A stretch of 52,662 nt of DNA from a virus (Duplodnaviria; Caudoviricetes), in the IMG/VR virus record IMGVR_UViG_3300021446_000131, positions 1-52,662 of that record, one strand, 5' to 3'. Every line of letters starts with the position of its first letter. Positions within the stretch are counted from its first letter, which is position 1. Below the pieces are notes generated by a model. It had not been told where the DNA came from, ran no database searches, and saw only the letters and a list, made by a program, of their open reading frames with translations. The position numbers and the translations under genes are program-made. Below, piece by piece: positions 9,483 to 19,235 of the stretch.

Positions 9483-9552
9483 GTGTTAGCAGCCGTAGTA
9501 CAAAAGTGTGTCGGTTACAATCGAGTGACACGTGACAGAACAGTGACGCGTG

Positions 9553-9981
9553 CTACGAACGGATGGCAAGCCACGCACCTGCGGCACCAGCAACCGTGTC
9601 GAGTGCGGTGTCCTCCATGGCGTGGTCGAACGTCCACACCATATCATCGTTCTCGTCAGTGTGCCACGGTCGTTCATCGGTGTGGTACTCGAATGCTTCC
9701 CAGACACCCGTGACGGCGAAAAACGCCTGCATCGCACGCCGTTCATCGCTGCACACCCGTGATAACACGGTGCCAACGGCGTAGCCGCCTAACACGTGTG
9801 CGGCGTTGTCCCACCACCAGTGGTCACTGTACCCGTCAAACGTGACGGACTCGTCACTGGGAATCACACGTGACAGGACCGTTCCGACAGCACCAGCTTC
9901 CTCCGAGTCGCATGACACACCGTACGGTATCTGTAGCACGATACACCCGACTGCGGCCAGCGCACCACGTTTGTAGCTCAT
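9553..9981 (-). CDS. Membrane protein, DUF2238/VanZ-like
   Basis: WWDNAAH, WEAFEY and DTALD motifs between hydrophobic helices; start MSYKRG behind TTTAT. Confidence 0.6.
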   Translation of the reverse strand: MSYKRGALAAVGCIVLQIPYGVSCDSEEAGAVGTVLSRVIPSDESVTFDGYSDHWWWDNAAHVLGGYAVGTVLSRVCSDERRAMQAFFAVTGVWEAFEYHTDERPWHTDENDDMVWTFDHAMEDTALDTVAGAAGAWLAIRS

Positions 9982-10269
9982 TGCAGGTAGGGTGTGGAAC
10001 GGGTGACAGATAAATGTGTCGGTTGAAGGTGAGTGGAGAGCGGCAGAACCGTGACGGACACCACACAACTGTCACGCGTCAGTTGTCTAATAGAATATCA
10101 GGCTTCTGACGCGCCTCAATCCAGTGACACCGCACAGGTGCCTGGGACCGTCGGACGCCCGTCACCAGCCTCGTAACTGACACACGTGGCACCGCAGTGC
10201 GAACAGGCTCGAGTGTGAGGATTCTGTATTCGCTTGCTTCGTCGGTGTTTGCCGTTTCTGAAACAGCCG

Positions 10270-10968
10270 TTATCTCATTCTTTCGGGCCAGCGGTACTCG
10301 AAGCCTGGAAGCGGCTTACCTATATACTCAAAGAAGCGTTCAGCATCCTCCCTGTTAAACTGAATCACCAGACTTTTATTACTTTCTACCCAACAGAAAT
10401 CTGTAAGCCCCATTTCGTGAAACATTGACTCAATTTTCTTTCGGTTCTCTCGCTCGTTGTACATTGCTATGCGTGGCGTTTTTCCTCTTTTTAGATTCCC
10501 ATCGCCACAGAACCACTGCTTTAGAACAGCGGGTGTCAAATTTATATCTTCTGGAAATACCTTTTCCCCAGTGCTGTACCATTCCTCGTACCTTCTTAAG
10601 TCTGGATGTGACATAGAGTACCACTGATACTGGTCAGAGTAGTTTTCTTCTTTAGCGTCTTCATGGAAGCCACTTTCTCTGCTTACTTTAGCAAGCTCCT
10701 TTGCTGTTGCTCTCAGTCTAACACCGTTACTAATCTTTGGGAAAACCTCGTCCGAAAGGTACTGCAAGTAATCTTTCGTTACCATAGACACTGAGATGTA
10801 AGGTCGGTGGTTGCCCCTGCAGATGGTCCCGTCGCCCATCATTAGACCAGTACAGACTTCTTGTTGGTGTTCAGAAATTCTCGGATAGCTACAATCAGAT
10901 TTTGCCCAATGACCAGCCAGAGACTTATACTCATTCCCACACTCGTGGCAAGTGTCAGTCACTGTCAT
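10270..10968 (-). CDS. Zn-finger LAGLIDADG homing endonuclease (copy 2)
   Basis: CHECG..HW..C; GLMMGDG; LKQWFCGDG; C-terminal PGFEYRWP. Confidence 0.85.
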   Translation of the reverse strand: MTVTDTCHECGNEYKSLAGHWAKSDCSYPRISEHQQEVCTGLMMGDGTICRGNHRPYISVSMVTKDYLQYLSDEVFPKISNGVRLRATAKELAKVSRESGFHEDAKEENYSDQYQWYSMSHPDLRRYEEWYSTGEKVFPEDINLTPAVLKQWFCGDGNLKRGKTPRIAMYNERENRKKIESMFHEMGLTDFCWVESNKSLVIQFNREDAERFFEYIGKPLPGFEYRWPERMR

Positions 10969-11156
10969 TACTACGTTATTGTAACGTATAACGTTGTTGT
11001 TTCTAACGCGGCTAATATGCTGTCATAACGCAACCGCCAGAGACATCACCGCCGTGTCACGGGCGGTGCTGGTGTAACACAAGTGAGACAAGACAGCACA
11101 GCCGTCAGTTGTTGGTAAGGGCTCCATGCCCCACCGACACTGCGGTATGTTCGTTA

Positions 11157-11282
11157 GTTACAGCTAACAGTTACGTTACAGAAGATGTAAGCGTTTGTTC
11201 TATTCCATCACCTGAAGTTTGCTGTCTATACAGTCCAGTGAGTTACACCCAACAGACGCCTTACAACAACTCAGGTTATTGT
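11157..11282 (+). repeat. Inverted partner of the 1113-1243 element, at the divergence point of the two gene arms
   Basis: Shared blocks TTACAGCYAACAGTTACGTTACA, TGTAAGCGTTTG, GTTTGCTGTCTAT, TTACAACAAC and GTTATTGT. Confidence 0.8.
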
Positions 11283-11701
11283 GTTAGTGCCGAACTGGCC
11301 TCGCCACACGCTAAGAGAGGTTTACGTATAAACCTGTTGCAGCCGCCTTGTTGTATCCGACATACTTTTACGTCGGTGGCACCAACCTGACAGTGGCATG
11401 AGTCGAGTGACAGTAGAGCAGTTTTGGGGTTGCACACTCGCCAGGTCGACGGACAAAGCTGGCATGAATCACCGCTTTTGGTTCCACACAACTGACGAGG
11501 GTAGAGTCGTCTGTGGTGCCGAGGTTATAGACCACTCCGAAAACGATAGGCATTTTGTCCCGCAGTCTCGTATCAGCGTACCCGAGCCTGTTGAAGCAGC
11601 CGTGTGTGAGTACCACGGCGTTGACAAGGTACACGTCGTGTGAAGCTCCTAATAGATATTGAGGCCGCTACACATTTGATGATGCTATGCACTTGACGAC
11701 G

Positions 11702-12004
11702 ATGGCAGATAAGTTCGAGACGATAACGGACGTGCGGTACCAGCAGGTCAGTGAGAACGCTGAGGCGCTTGTCGTTGTCACGGAAGATAACACGTATCAG
11801 GTGCCGAACGAAGGATACTCGATTGACAATCCAGCCATGCAACTGATGGGCTACTTTGGTGTCAGACCGAGCACGTGTGAGACACAGCTACCAGGCCATG
11901 TAATACCGACCCACGACACTGTGGCGGGCGACCGCACTGTTTCACAGGCGGTGTTCCAGAACGGTCGGTGGGTTCTCAAAAACAAGGACTGGATACAAGA
12001 ATGA
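11702..12004 (+). CDS. Hypothetical protein
   Basis: Acidic ORF MADKFE... Confidence 0.65.
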   Translation: MADKFETITDVRYQQVSENAEALVVVTEDNTYQVPNEGYSIDNPAMQLMGYFGVRPSTCETQLPGHVIPTHDTVAGDRTVSQAVFQNGRWVLKNKDWIQE

Positions 12005-12125
12005 CGCGGACCAGCGTTATTGTTTCACTACTGTTGTGGGCGGCTGCTGTCCTGTTCTTTGTCGCAGTGGCACTCGGCTGGTTTGTCACCGAAATTATTA
12101 TCCGACTGGCGTTCTAATGGTACCA

Positions 12126-12364
12126 TGATGATTGAAGCGTACGTATCTAACGGACTGTTAGCACTTTTGGCACTGGTGCTTTCGTGGCTGGTGCTGGCGT
12201 TCCCACTCGCGTGTTTCGATGTCATTTCGTTTGAACGGGAGAGCGGTGTGATACGCGATGACGTGCTTGCGTCGGCACTGCTATGGATACTGATTGTGCC
12301 AGCGTTTGTCGTGCTGGCACTCGGCTTCATTGTCACCGAAATACTTATCCCGATAGTGTCCTAA
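12126..12364 (+). CDS. Small two-TM membrane protein
   Basis: Two hydrophobic stretches; start MMIEAY behind TTATTA. Confidence 0.6.
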
Positions 12365-12399
12365 TCACAATCGTGGCCTACGAAAATCAATTACGTCAC

Positions 12400-12696
12400 G
12401 TGGCACGACCCGAGAAGGACAGACAGTCGGCGACCCGCGTCAGACTCGAAGACTGGGAGGCACTGTTGATGCAGCGGGAACTAATCGAGTATGCGAGCTA
12501 CGAGGCACCTGACGCTGAACACGAGGCTGTCGCAATGGCATACGCGGAGTACATCGATATGGTCGTGCGAGACGAAGCCAAGAACTTCGTGTATCTGTAC
12601 GCCCATACGCATGTGGCAGAAGATGTGATGTTATCCAACGAGAGTATTGATATGGCAACAGACGTGCGCGAACAGTTGTGTGGGGAGCAACTGTGA
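12400..12696 (+). CDS. Hypothetical protein
   Basis: Acidic helical ORF; start uncertain (GTG 12400). Confidence 0.5.
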   Translation: MARPEKDRQSATRVRLEDWEALLMQRELIEYASYEAPDAEHEAVAMAYAEYIDMVVRDEAKNFVYLYAHTHVAEDVMLSNESIDMATDVREQLCGEQL

Positions 12697-12793
12697 CGGG
12701 TTCCATTGTCTTGGCGCTGCTGTTCGGCACCGCTGTTGGGATGGCATTGTTAGTGTTTTTCACCATTGTGGCACACGAGGTTACTGACCTGCT

Positions 12794-13234
12794 ATGACAA
12801 TTGACACACCGAGCGCCACACGGATACACGACCAGTTGACCATTGCCAACATCGCACACGTCCGCCAGTGCTCACTCGACTGTGACCGCGTGATAACTGT
12901 GTGTCAGGAGCCAGTCGTCTCGAACGTGTCAGTGCCGTACGAGTTCTACAATCTTTCTGACGGGGACGACGAGTATGGAGGGGAGTGCAGTTACGAGTTG
13001 TTTGCGACGGCGGCAGAAAGTCTCTTGGCCGCGCTACAGCAAGGTGACGACGTGCTAATCCACTGTCACAGAGGACAGTCCCGTTCTGCGTCAGTGGCGA
13101 TTGCGGTGTTGGCAGTGCTTTTCGGACGACCGTGGAGTGCGTCTCGAACGGGAATTGAAACGCGGCGGCCCGAAATTAACCCGAACGAAACGCTTGTCGA
13201 GTTTGGCAAACGGTTTGTGGCAGAACATGGGTGA
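12794..13234 (+). CDS. Dual-specificity (PTP-family) phosphatase
   Basis: VLIHCHRGQSRS = HCx5R P-loop; RRPEINPN motif. Confidence 0.9.
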   Translation: MTIDTPSATRIHDQLTIANIAHVRQCSLDCDRVITVCQEPVVSNVSVPYEFYNLSDGDDEYGGECSYELFATAAESLLAALQQGDDVLIHCHRGQSRSASVAIAVLAVLFGRPWSASRTGIETRRPEINPNETLVEFGKRFVAEHG

Positions 13235-13611
13235 TGTACATGGCACTATCAGATGAAACAGACTTGGACTATAACACGGCCATGTGCGTCGAAGACACGT
13301 TGAAACGGCGAGACGCAAAGACGTCTGTCGTCCTTCAGTTGACTGACTGGGCGCCCGAGTATGACATCGCTGCAACGTGTCTGTTGGCGGCAGGTGACTT
13401 GACGGACCACAGTGACGATGCCGTGCTGCTGGAGTCTGCTGTCGCCGTGGACGTCGCTTCCATGCGTGACAACACGCTTGCTGACCTAACGTCCGAGTAT
13501 CTCACGAACCTGCTAACCACGTGTCAGAACGAGTACACGAACGAACGAGGTGCCACGTTCGTACCAAAGTCGGCCATCGAGGAAGTTGTGGACGCGTCAG
13601 GTATCTCCTAA
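13231..13611 (+). CDS. Hypothetical protein
   Basis: Acidic ORF overlapping the phosphatase stop. Confidence 0.6.
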   Translation: MMYMALSDETDLDYNTAMCVEDTLKRRDAKTSVVLQLTDWAPEYDIAATCLLAAGDLTDHSDDAVLLESAVAVDVASMRDNTLADLTSEYLTNLLTTCQNEYTNERGATFVPKSAIEEVVDASGIS

Positions 13612-13755
13612 TCATAATTCTGGGCTCTCAGGTGGTTGAGGCGCGTCACGCACTTGTTACGCGTTACATTATTACTATGTGGCAACACGTGCTTGCGTGA
13701 CAGGTTAGTGAGTGACACGAAAGTCTTATCAACTCCCGTCCCCTAACACAAGTGT

Positions 13756-14910
13756 ATGGCAGAAGCAGACCAACAGACTGACAGCGAAGAACAGGACTAC
13801 GAGCAGCGGCCCTGGCTGAACATGACGCCCACCACGCGTCTGAAGGGAACCGTCACGGAAATTTTCACTCCCGAGCTTGGTGCGAGCAACTACGGGATTA
13901 TTATCGAAAACCCCGAGGTTGTCGTGGGGGACGTGTTTGTCAACACCGAAAAGCCTGACGGTGGGCAGACGCGAGAGGTTGTGGACGAAAATTCCACGTC
14001 GCCAACGGACTACCGCGTGGCAGACGACTCGGACCCGTCGGTGACAGTCGTCGGTGATACGCTGGCGACTGACGAGGAGTCCACCGTCGACGGCGAGGCG
14101 GCAAACGAATACGAGCGGGTAGACTCGTTTGCCGACGACGAGGTGTGTCTGTGGATTAGTGGCCTGGCTGGTGACAAGATTATTCGAGCACTCGACTTCA
14201 ACGGTCGACCGTACGCTCGGTACGACGACAACGGGCCTGTTTACGGCCTGCTCCAGGCGCATGAGTCGTGGTTCGAGGATGATGCCGACCGCAGCGCCCT
14301 TGCGGCAGACGGCAAGGCGCCTCGGACGGTTCGTCCGCCCATGCTTCGCCCCGACATCGACGAGGTGCTAATCGACGTGACGGCGGACGACGGTGGCAAG
14401 TACCGTAGTTACCGTGGTAACGTCTTTCGGGCGGACGAGTTCGTTGACGAGACGGGCTCGATTGACACGCCGACAGACGAGTTGTCGACGGGTCAGTACG
14501 GGATTGACGTCGACAGTCGGCTTGACCTGCGGCTGGCAGACTTCGAGGAGGCTGGTAGTGCGGTCAAGGAGGCTGACTGGAACTTCGCTGACCTGCTTCA
14601 GACGGGTGACGGCTGGGCGGACGTCCCTGAGTCTGCCACGTCCCAATCGTTCGACACCAGCATGGACCTGGCCGACGACAGTGGCGGTGACGTGCCGCCA
14701 ACCGACGAGTTTGTCGCCGATGTCGTGGAGCAGATGGAGTCGACTGAGGTGGCGCACGGTCGTGCGCCCGACGAGATTTGGGACGGCGGTCTCGAAAGCC
14801 TTATCGAGCGCAACAGTGACTCGCTGCCCAACGACCCTGACGTTGACGCCATCCGACGTGGCATTTACAGCAGTGTCAACTGGCTCGATGTGGAAGACCT
14901 TGACGGATAA
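13756..14910 (+). CDS. Large highly acidic hypothetical protein (possibly replication/ssDNA-binding)
   Basis: 384-aa ORF, leaderless TATA-like AGTCTTAT upstream; function not recognisable. Confidence 0.75.
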   Translation: MAEADQQTDSEEQDYEQRPWLNMTPTTRLKGTVTEIFTPELGASNYGIIIENPEVVVGDVFVNTEKPDGGQTREVVDENSTSPTDYRVADDSDPSVTVVGDTLATDEESTVDGEAANEYERVDSFADDEVCLWISGLAGDKIIRALDFNGRPYARYDDNGPVYGLLQAHESWFEDDADRSALAADGKAPRTVRPPMLRPDIDEVLIDVTADDGGKYRSYRGNVFRADEFVDETGSIDTPTDELSTGQYGIDVDSRLDLRLADFEEAGSAVKEADWNFADLLQTGDGWADVPESATSQSFDTSMDLADDSGGDVPPTDEFVADVVEQMESTEVAHGRAPDEIWDGGLESLIERNSDSLPNDPDVDAIRRGIYSSVNWLDVEDLDG

Positions 14911-15425
14911 CACACTCGTCTGACGCGTGACACGGTGCTGACAATGCCCAAGTATAATTTGACAATTGGCGCCGTCGAGCTAAACGGCGTCGAGTTGCCA
15001 TCACACCGAGCGTTCAACGCCTTATTTGCAGCGGCGTGTGTGATGTATCTGACGCTGGTGATAGGTCTGGTGTGTTGGTACACATTCCTGTTGCCTGACT
15101 ACATCGGGTTCGAGAAGGCACTGCTCTTCGGTGTGGCACTGCTGTTTTTCAAATCAAACGACTGACGCGATACACACGATTACAATGAGAAAGCAAATTC
15201 CCCTGGTTCGGATTGTAAAGCTACTGATACTGTTCGCCATAGCCATGACGCTGCTGTCGTGGATATTCACGGCACTGTAACTGTCATGGACGTGTTGTTG
15301 CCTGAAGACGAGATGTTCATGTTGTGGTTCACACTGTGGGCGACAGTGACGGCCCTTGTCGTGCTGTTTTGCATGACGTTGTAGCCACCACCGTGTCACG
15401 GTTCACGTGCCGTGACACGAGTCAC

Positions 15426-15474
15426 ACTGGCAACTACGTTTGCGTCTGGCTGGTTCGTTGCACGAACCGACAAG
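15426..15474 (+). repeat. ~49-bp two-hairpin module (ACTGGCAAY..RTTGCG + stem-loop)
   Basis: Copies at 15426(+), 16763-16813(-), 33379(+), 42514-42562(-), 44265-44312(-) and 50842(+). Confidence 0.8.
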
Positions 15475-15484
15475 TGCTCTCATT

Positions 15485-15575
15485 CGCGTCAGATTGGTGT
15501 CTAAGCAAGTTTATTGTACCACGAGTGTTACACCCTTGCCGTCAACAGAAACGTCACAGCGACCAATCTGACGCG
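15485..15575 (-). repeat. 91-bp hairpin element, copy B
   Basis: 14-bp perfect TIR CGCGTCAGATTGGT/ACCAATCTGACGCG; core inverted relative to copy A. Confidence 0.85.
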
Positions 15576-15654
15576 TCTCAGAGCAAGTGACGTGCTACAG
15601 GAACCTGCTGTGAATCGCAATACTTTTGTACTACAGACCCCTACGTCGCACTGA

Positions 15655-15921
15655 ATGGCACAACGATACGAAACGCGGACGGCAGAGGTGTATCCGAACG
15701 CCGATGATGCGGCAAGTGCGTTTACCCTGAACGACGATGAAGAAGTGATGGACGTGACTGCTGTGCGGCACGGACAACGGTCTGCGACTGTCAGGGTTGT
15801 CATCATGTCACCCACGACGGCAGACCGATGTACTGCTATCACGGCTGATGGCACGCGGTGTCAACACGAGGCAAACGAGGGACGGGACTACTGTGGCGTC
15901 CACAAAGGTGACAACGAATGA
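15655..15921 (+). CDS. Small Zn-binding protein
   Basis: CTAITADGTRC...YCGVH motif. Confidence 0.65.
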   Translation: MAQRYETRTAEVYPNADDAASAFTLNDDEEVMDVTAVRHGQRSATVRVVIMSPTTADRCTAITADGTRCQHEANEGRDYCGVHKGDNE

Positions 15922-16178
15922 TAGAGCAGTTGCCAGACAACTCGCGTGAGGACGTCAGGCTACTGTTGGACGCGTGCCGTGTTGTGAGATACAAACATAA
16001 CGGTGAGATAGTGGTGTATCTGGGCGAAGACGAGTCTATTGCGGCAGCCGCCTACGATGCTACCATCGCAGGTGTGCAGACATTTGACGAGACAGAATCG
16101 GAGTTTGCTGGCAGGGTGTTGTTAGAACTGGACACCACTGACGGGGAAGACGAGAGTGACACGGAGGAACACAAATGA
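15918..16178 (+). CDS. Hypothetical protein
   Basis: ATGA overlap, acidic. Confidence 0.6.
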   Translation: MIEQLPDNSREDVRLLLDACRVVRYKHNGEIVVYLGEDESIAAAAYDATIAGVQTFDETESEFAGRVLLELDTTDGEDESDTEEHK

Positions 16179-16271
16179 CTAAAGAGCCCAAGATGGAACG
16201 GACGGATTACACGTGCAGCGAGTGCAAACGCTCGTATCACACCGAGAAGGGACTCGAAATACATCAGGAAC

Positions 16272-16472
16272 GTGTCCATAACTGACAGCGGATTGATTGC
16301 ACAGCAGTTACAATCGCGGACGGCAACACGGTACTGTGACAACTGCCACCAGCATGTCGAGCCCGTCGTCATGCCAGTTGGCGGGGCGGATTATCACGGC
16401 CAGGACACGGCGCCAATCGAGTGTCCCGATTGTGGTAATCAGTTTGGACACGCAGTATTTTGGCCACAATGA
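16272..16472 (+). CDS. CPxCG zinc-finger microprotein
   Basis: CDNC...CPDCG. Confidence 0.6.
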   Translation: MSITDSGLIAQQLQSRTATRYCDNCHQHVEPVVMPVGGADYHGQDTAPIECPDCGNQFGHAVFWPQ

Positions 16473-16898
16473 GACTAACGCTGTACTGCAATCATGTGTC
16501 GGACCGACACGTTCACTGTAACATGGCCCATCGGATGAAGGTTCGTGACCCGTCGCTGACAATTGCACAAGTTGTTGCAGACACTCCGTGGACTGTCGAG
16601 GATGGAGACGTGTACTGTCCTGAACACTCGACTGACGCGTGACAGACTACTGCTGCCAAGTTTGTAACGAGTACGAGTCAGATGATTACTATGCAGTCAA
16701 ATCACATGTATACACGTCTCACGCCGAACACACGTGTGGGGTAGCTGAGTTGCACCCAGAGACGTACGTTGCTTGTGTTAACAAGTGACGTACACGCAAC
16801 GTAAGTTGCCAGTGTATGTTGGGGTACGCACCTGACACACACAACAGACGTCTTTCACCGTAACCTTTTTGTACGTAACGGCCTAACTGTCGGTTGTC

Positions 16899-17420
16899 AT
16901 GGGAAGTAACTTACCGCCAGGCGTCACGCCCGCTGACATTGACCGCCATTTTGGTGGCGGCCACGAGCACGTGTTTGAGGAACCAGACAGTGAAGTTTTC
17001 GATGATGGTGCGTTCATCCTGACATACGGTTGTGACCACGTCATGCCACCGAGGGCGCGGTACAACCACACCTGTGATACTGAAAGGCATGTGCGTCTCG
17101 ATGCCAGCATGCTTGAATTTAAAACGCGTGTCGACGGCAGGTGGGTTCCAGGCGCGGCTTCAGACGATAACATCTTCCACGATGCTCACACAGACGAAGC
17201 CGAGTTTCCATTCGACATCCCGACTGACATAGAAGCCGAGGTGTCTGACGCAATCTGTGACGACGATGCTACGGTGTCACGGTACAGAAGTGATGGCGTG
17301 ACAGTCGATGCTGATTACCACGAACGTGTCGTGTACATCGACGGGACACACTTCACGACGTTACCAGACCGACAGATTCGCATCACGTACGACAACGTGA
17401 GTGAGGATATACGACAGTGA
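16899..17420 (+). CDS. Hypothetical acidic protein
   Basis: NLPPGVTPADID N-terminus, T-rich promoter-like box upstream. Confidence 0.7.
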   Translation: MGSNLPPGVTPADIDRHFGGGHEHVFEEPDSEVFDDGAFILTYGCDHVMPPRARYNHTCDTERHVRLDASMLEFKTRVDGRWVPGAASDDNIFHDAHTDEAEFPFDIPTDIEAEVSDAICDDDATVSRYRSDGVTVDADYHERVVYIDGTHFTTLPDRQIRITYDNVSEDIRQ

Positions 17421-17728
17421 AGCTATGCTTCATGTGTCGCAAGCCGATAGCAAGCGACTCGGACGAGGAACACCATCCGCAGAACAGACAGGCGGTCGAG
17501 TATGCGGGTGAGCCGATTCATCGAGAGTGCCACCCCACGAGTATGCCAGAGCCTGACACTGACCACGTTGCTGTACACGAACACTTGATGCAGGCCCAAC
17601 GTGAGTTGTCGGCGGCGGTTGACGAGTGGTCCAACGAGGACGACGACTCACAGGCTGCGTGGAACATCACGGAGCTTTCGGTAAAGGTCAAGGACCTGGC
17701 AGACGAGTACCGCGAGGAACACCTATGA
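17417..17728 (+). CDS. Zn-finger plus coiled-coil hypothetical protein
   Basis: CFMC...HREC. Confidence 0.6.
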   Translation: MKLCFMCRKPIASDSDEEHHPQNRQAVEYAGEPIHRECHPTSMPEPDTDHVAVHEHLMQAQRELSAAVDEWSNEDDDSQAAWNITELSVKVKDLADEYREEHL

Positions 17729-18224
17729 CAGCTATGTTGAACAACCCGATTCGTTTCAGTTTGCGGAACAGAACCGTCGATGTGGCAGGCGTCTTGGGCG
17801 ATGATAGGCGTGTAACACAAATTGAAATACAGGATGGACAACTGTATGTGCACTGGGATACAACAGATGGGTGACACACTTCCACTGATAGACAGGCTAC
17901 GAATGCGTCTGGCATGGATGGTGATGCCCCGAAGTGCGAATTTGGCAGTCAAGTACCACCTCGTACGCATCAAGCGGGAGGCGAAACGTATTGAAGAAAG
18001 CAGTTTTCATCCGAGCCAGGTACGTGAAAATGCACAGAGCATTGAACGTCGGACGTGCCTGCTATTGGCCCGCTTTCTGTTGAGCGACGAACGTGACTAC
18101 AATGACGCATGAGTAACCCGTACCATGCGTTTGATACACGACACGCTGATGGCGCCACGCTCCTGTTGTGGCTCGCCATGATAATCGCAATGTTTATACT
18201 TATTGCACTCTAAGCACGGGTGCA

Positions 18225-18635
18225 ATGCAACACGAGGAAACCGTCACCTTCGAAGACGGCACGGAACGTCACGTGGTGTACGACAGCGAGACTGACGAGG
18301 CACACGTCAGACGGACCGACGACCAGTTGACTGAGGACGCAATGGGCTACCACGACGACAGCTTCGAGCGCCTGAACGATGATGTTGTCGGACGGTCGAC
18401 GGACGTGTCACCCGAGGCGTTACGGCAGTACGCAGAGCGCACTGACGAGACGTACGGCTGTGTGCATCTGACTGCGAAGTACCTTCGTGACGCCGTCGAG
18501 TCCATCGAGTTGGACTGCCGTGACAGCCTCTCGTCTGTCACACTCCACGTCGTGAAGGATGCCCCGATGTTGTTGACGGCTGACAGTGCTGACCACGACT
18601 ACATCTTGGCACCACGGGTGAAGCCTGACGAATGA
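18225..18635 (+). CDS. Single-domain PCNA/sliding-clamp-like protein
   Basis: AKYLRDAV...VTLHVVKDAPMLL...YILAPRV resembles the PCNA C-terminal domain; only 136 aa; TTTATA box upstream. Confidence 0.55.
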   Translation: MQHEETVTFEDGTERHVVYDSETDEAHVRRTDDQLTEDAMGYHDDSFERLNDDVVGRSTDVSPEALRQYAERTDETYGCVHLTAKYLRDAVESIELDCRDSLSSVTLHVVKDAPMLLTADSADHDYILAPRVKPDE

Positions 18636-19235
18636 AGCCCGAGTACAGAGCAGTGATTGTGCAGTCGCTTGCGGATAGCAACAGAATTGTCACGATGCAC
18701 TCGGAGTGGGTACGCGACAGAGACGTGGCACAGGCTCTCGTTGAGGAGCACGCCCCGTACGAGAACGAGTGGGGCGAGCCGATTAAAGGGTACGTCGAGC
18801 GCAAGGAGGTTGCAGAATGAACATTGAGTTTTCTGACGAATGGACGGTCGTCTCGAACGACAGGGGCGTGTGGGTCAAGCACGTGCCGTCCAACGAGGCA
18901 TGGCGTCTGGCACCAGCAAGCGCGTTAGAAGCAAAGGACGACAGGTTGGCACGGACCTACCAGCGGTTACAGGAGACTGACGAAGACGCATGACTGACAG
19001 AACGTACGTGGTTGTGGCAGACACTGAGCGTATTGACATGAAAGTTGTCTATGCTGGTACGGACAAGGATGAAGCGTTTGACGTGTGTGACATACACACT
19101 GATTACACTGGTCGGCGAAAGCACCACGCGTTCGTCAAGGTGTTTGAAGACGGTGAACACCAGTTTGACACGCGTGACCCGAGCGTCGTTTGAACCAACA
19201 GTTTAAAGTATCGCAGTCTCTTACTTGCGGCTACA

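Noticed and set aside
6500-10200. CRISPR or mini-CRISPR array suggested by recurring TGACGCG motifs
   Set aside because: Repeats are dispersed, degenerate and irregularly spaced; no constant repeat-spacer period and no cas operon
15426-15474. Two-hairpin module as a hammerhead or HDV-like ribozyme
   Set aside because: No CUGANGA/GAAA core or nested pseudoknot, and it occurs in both orientations relative to transcription
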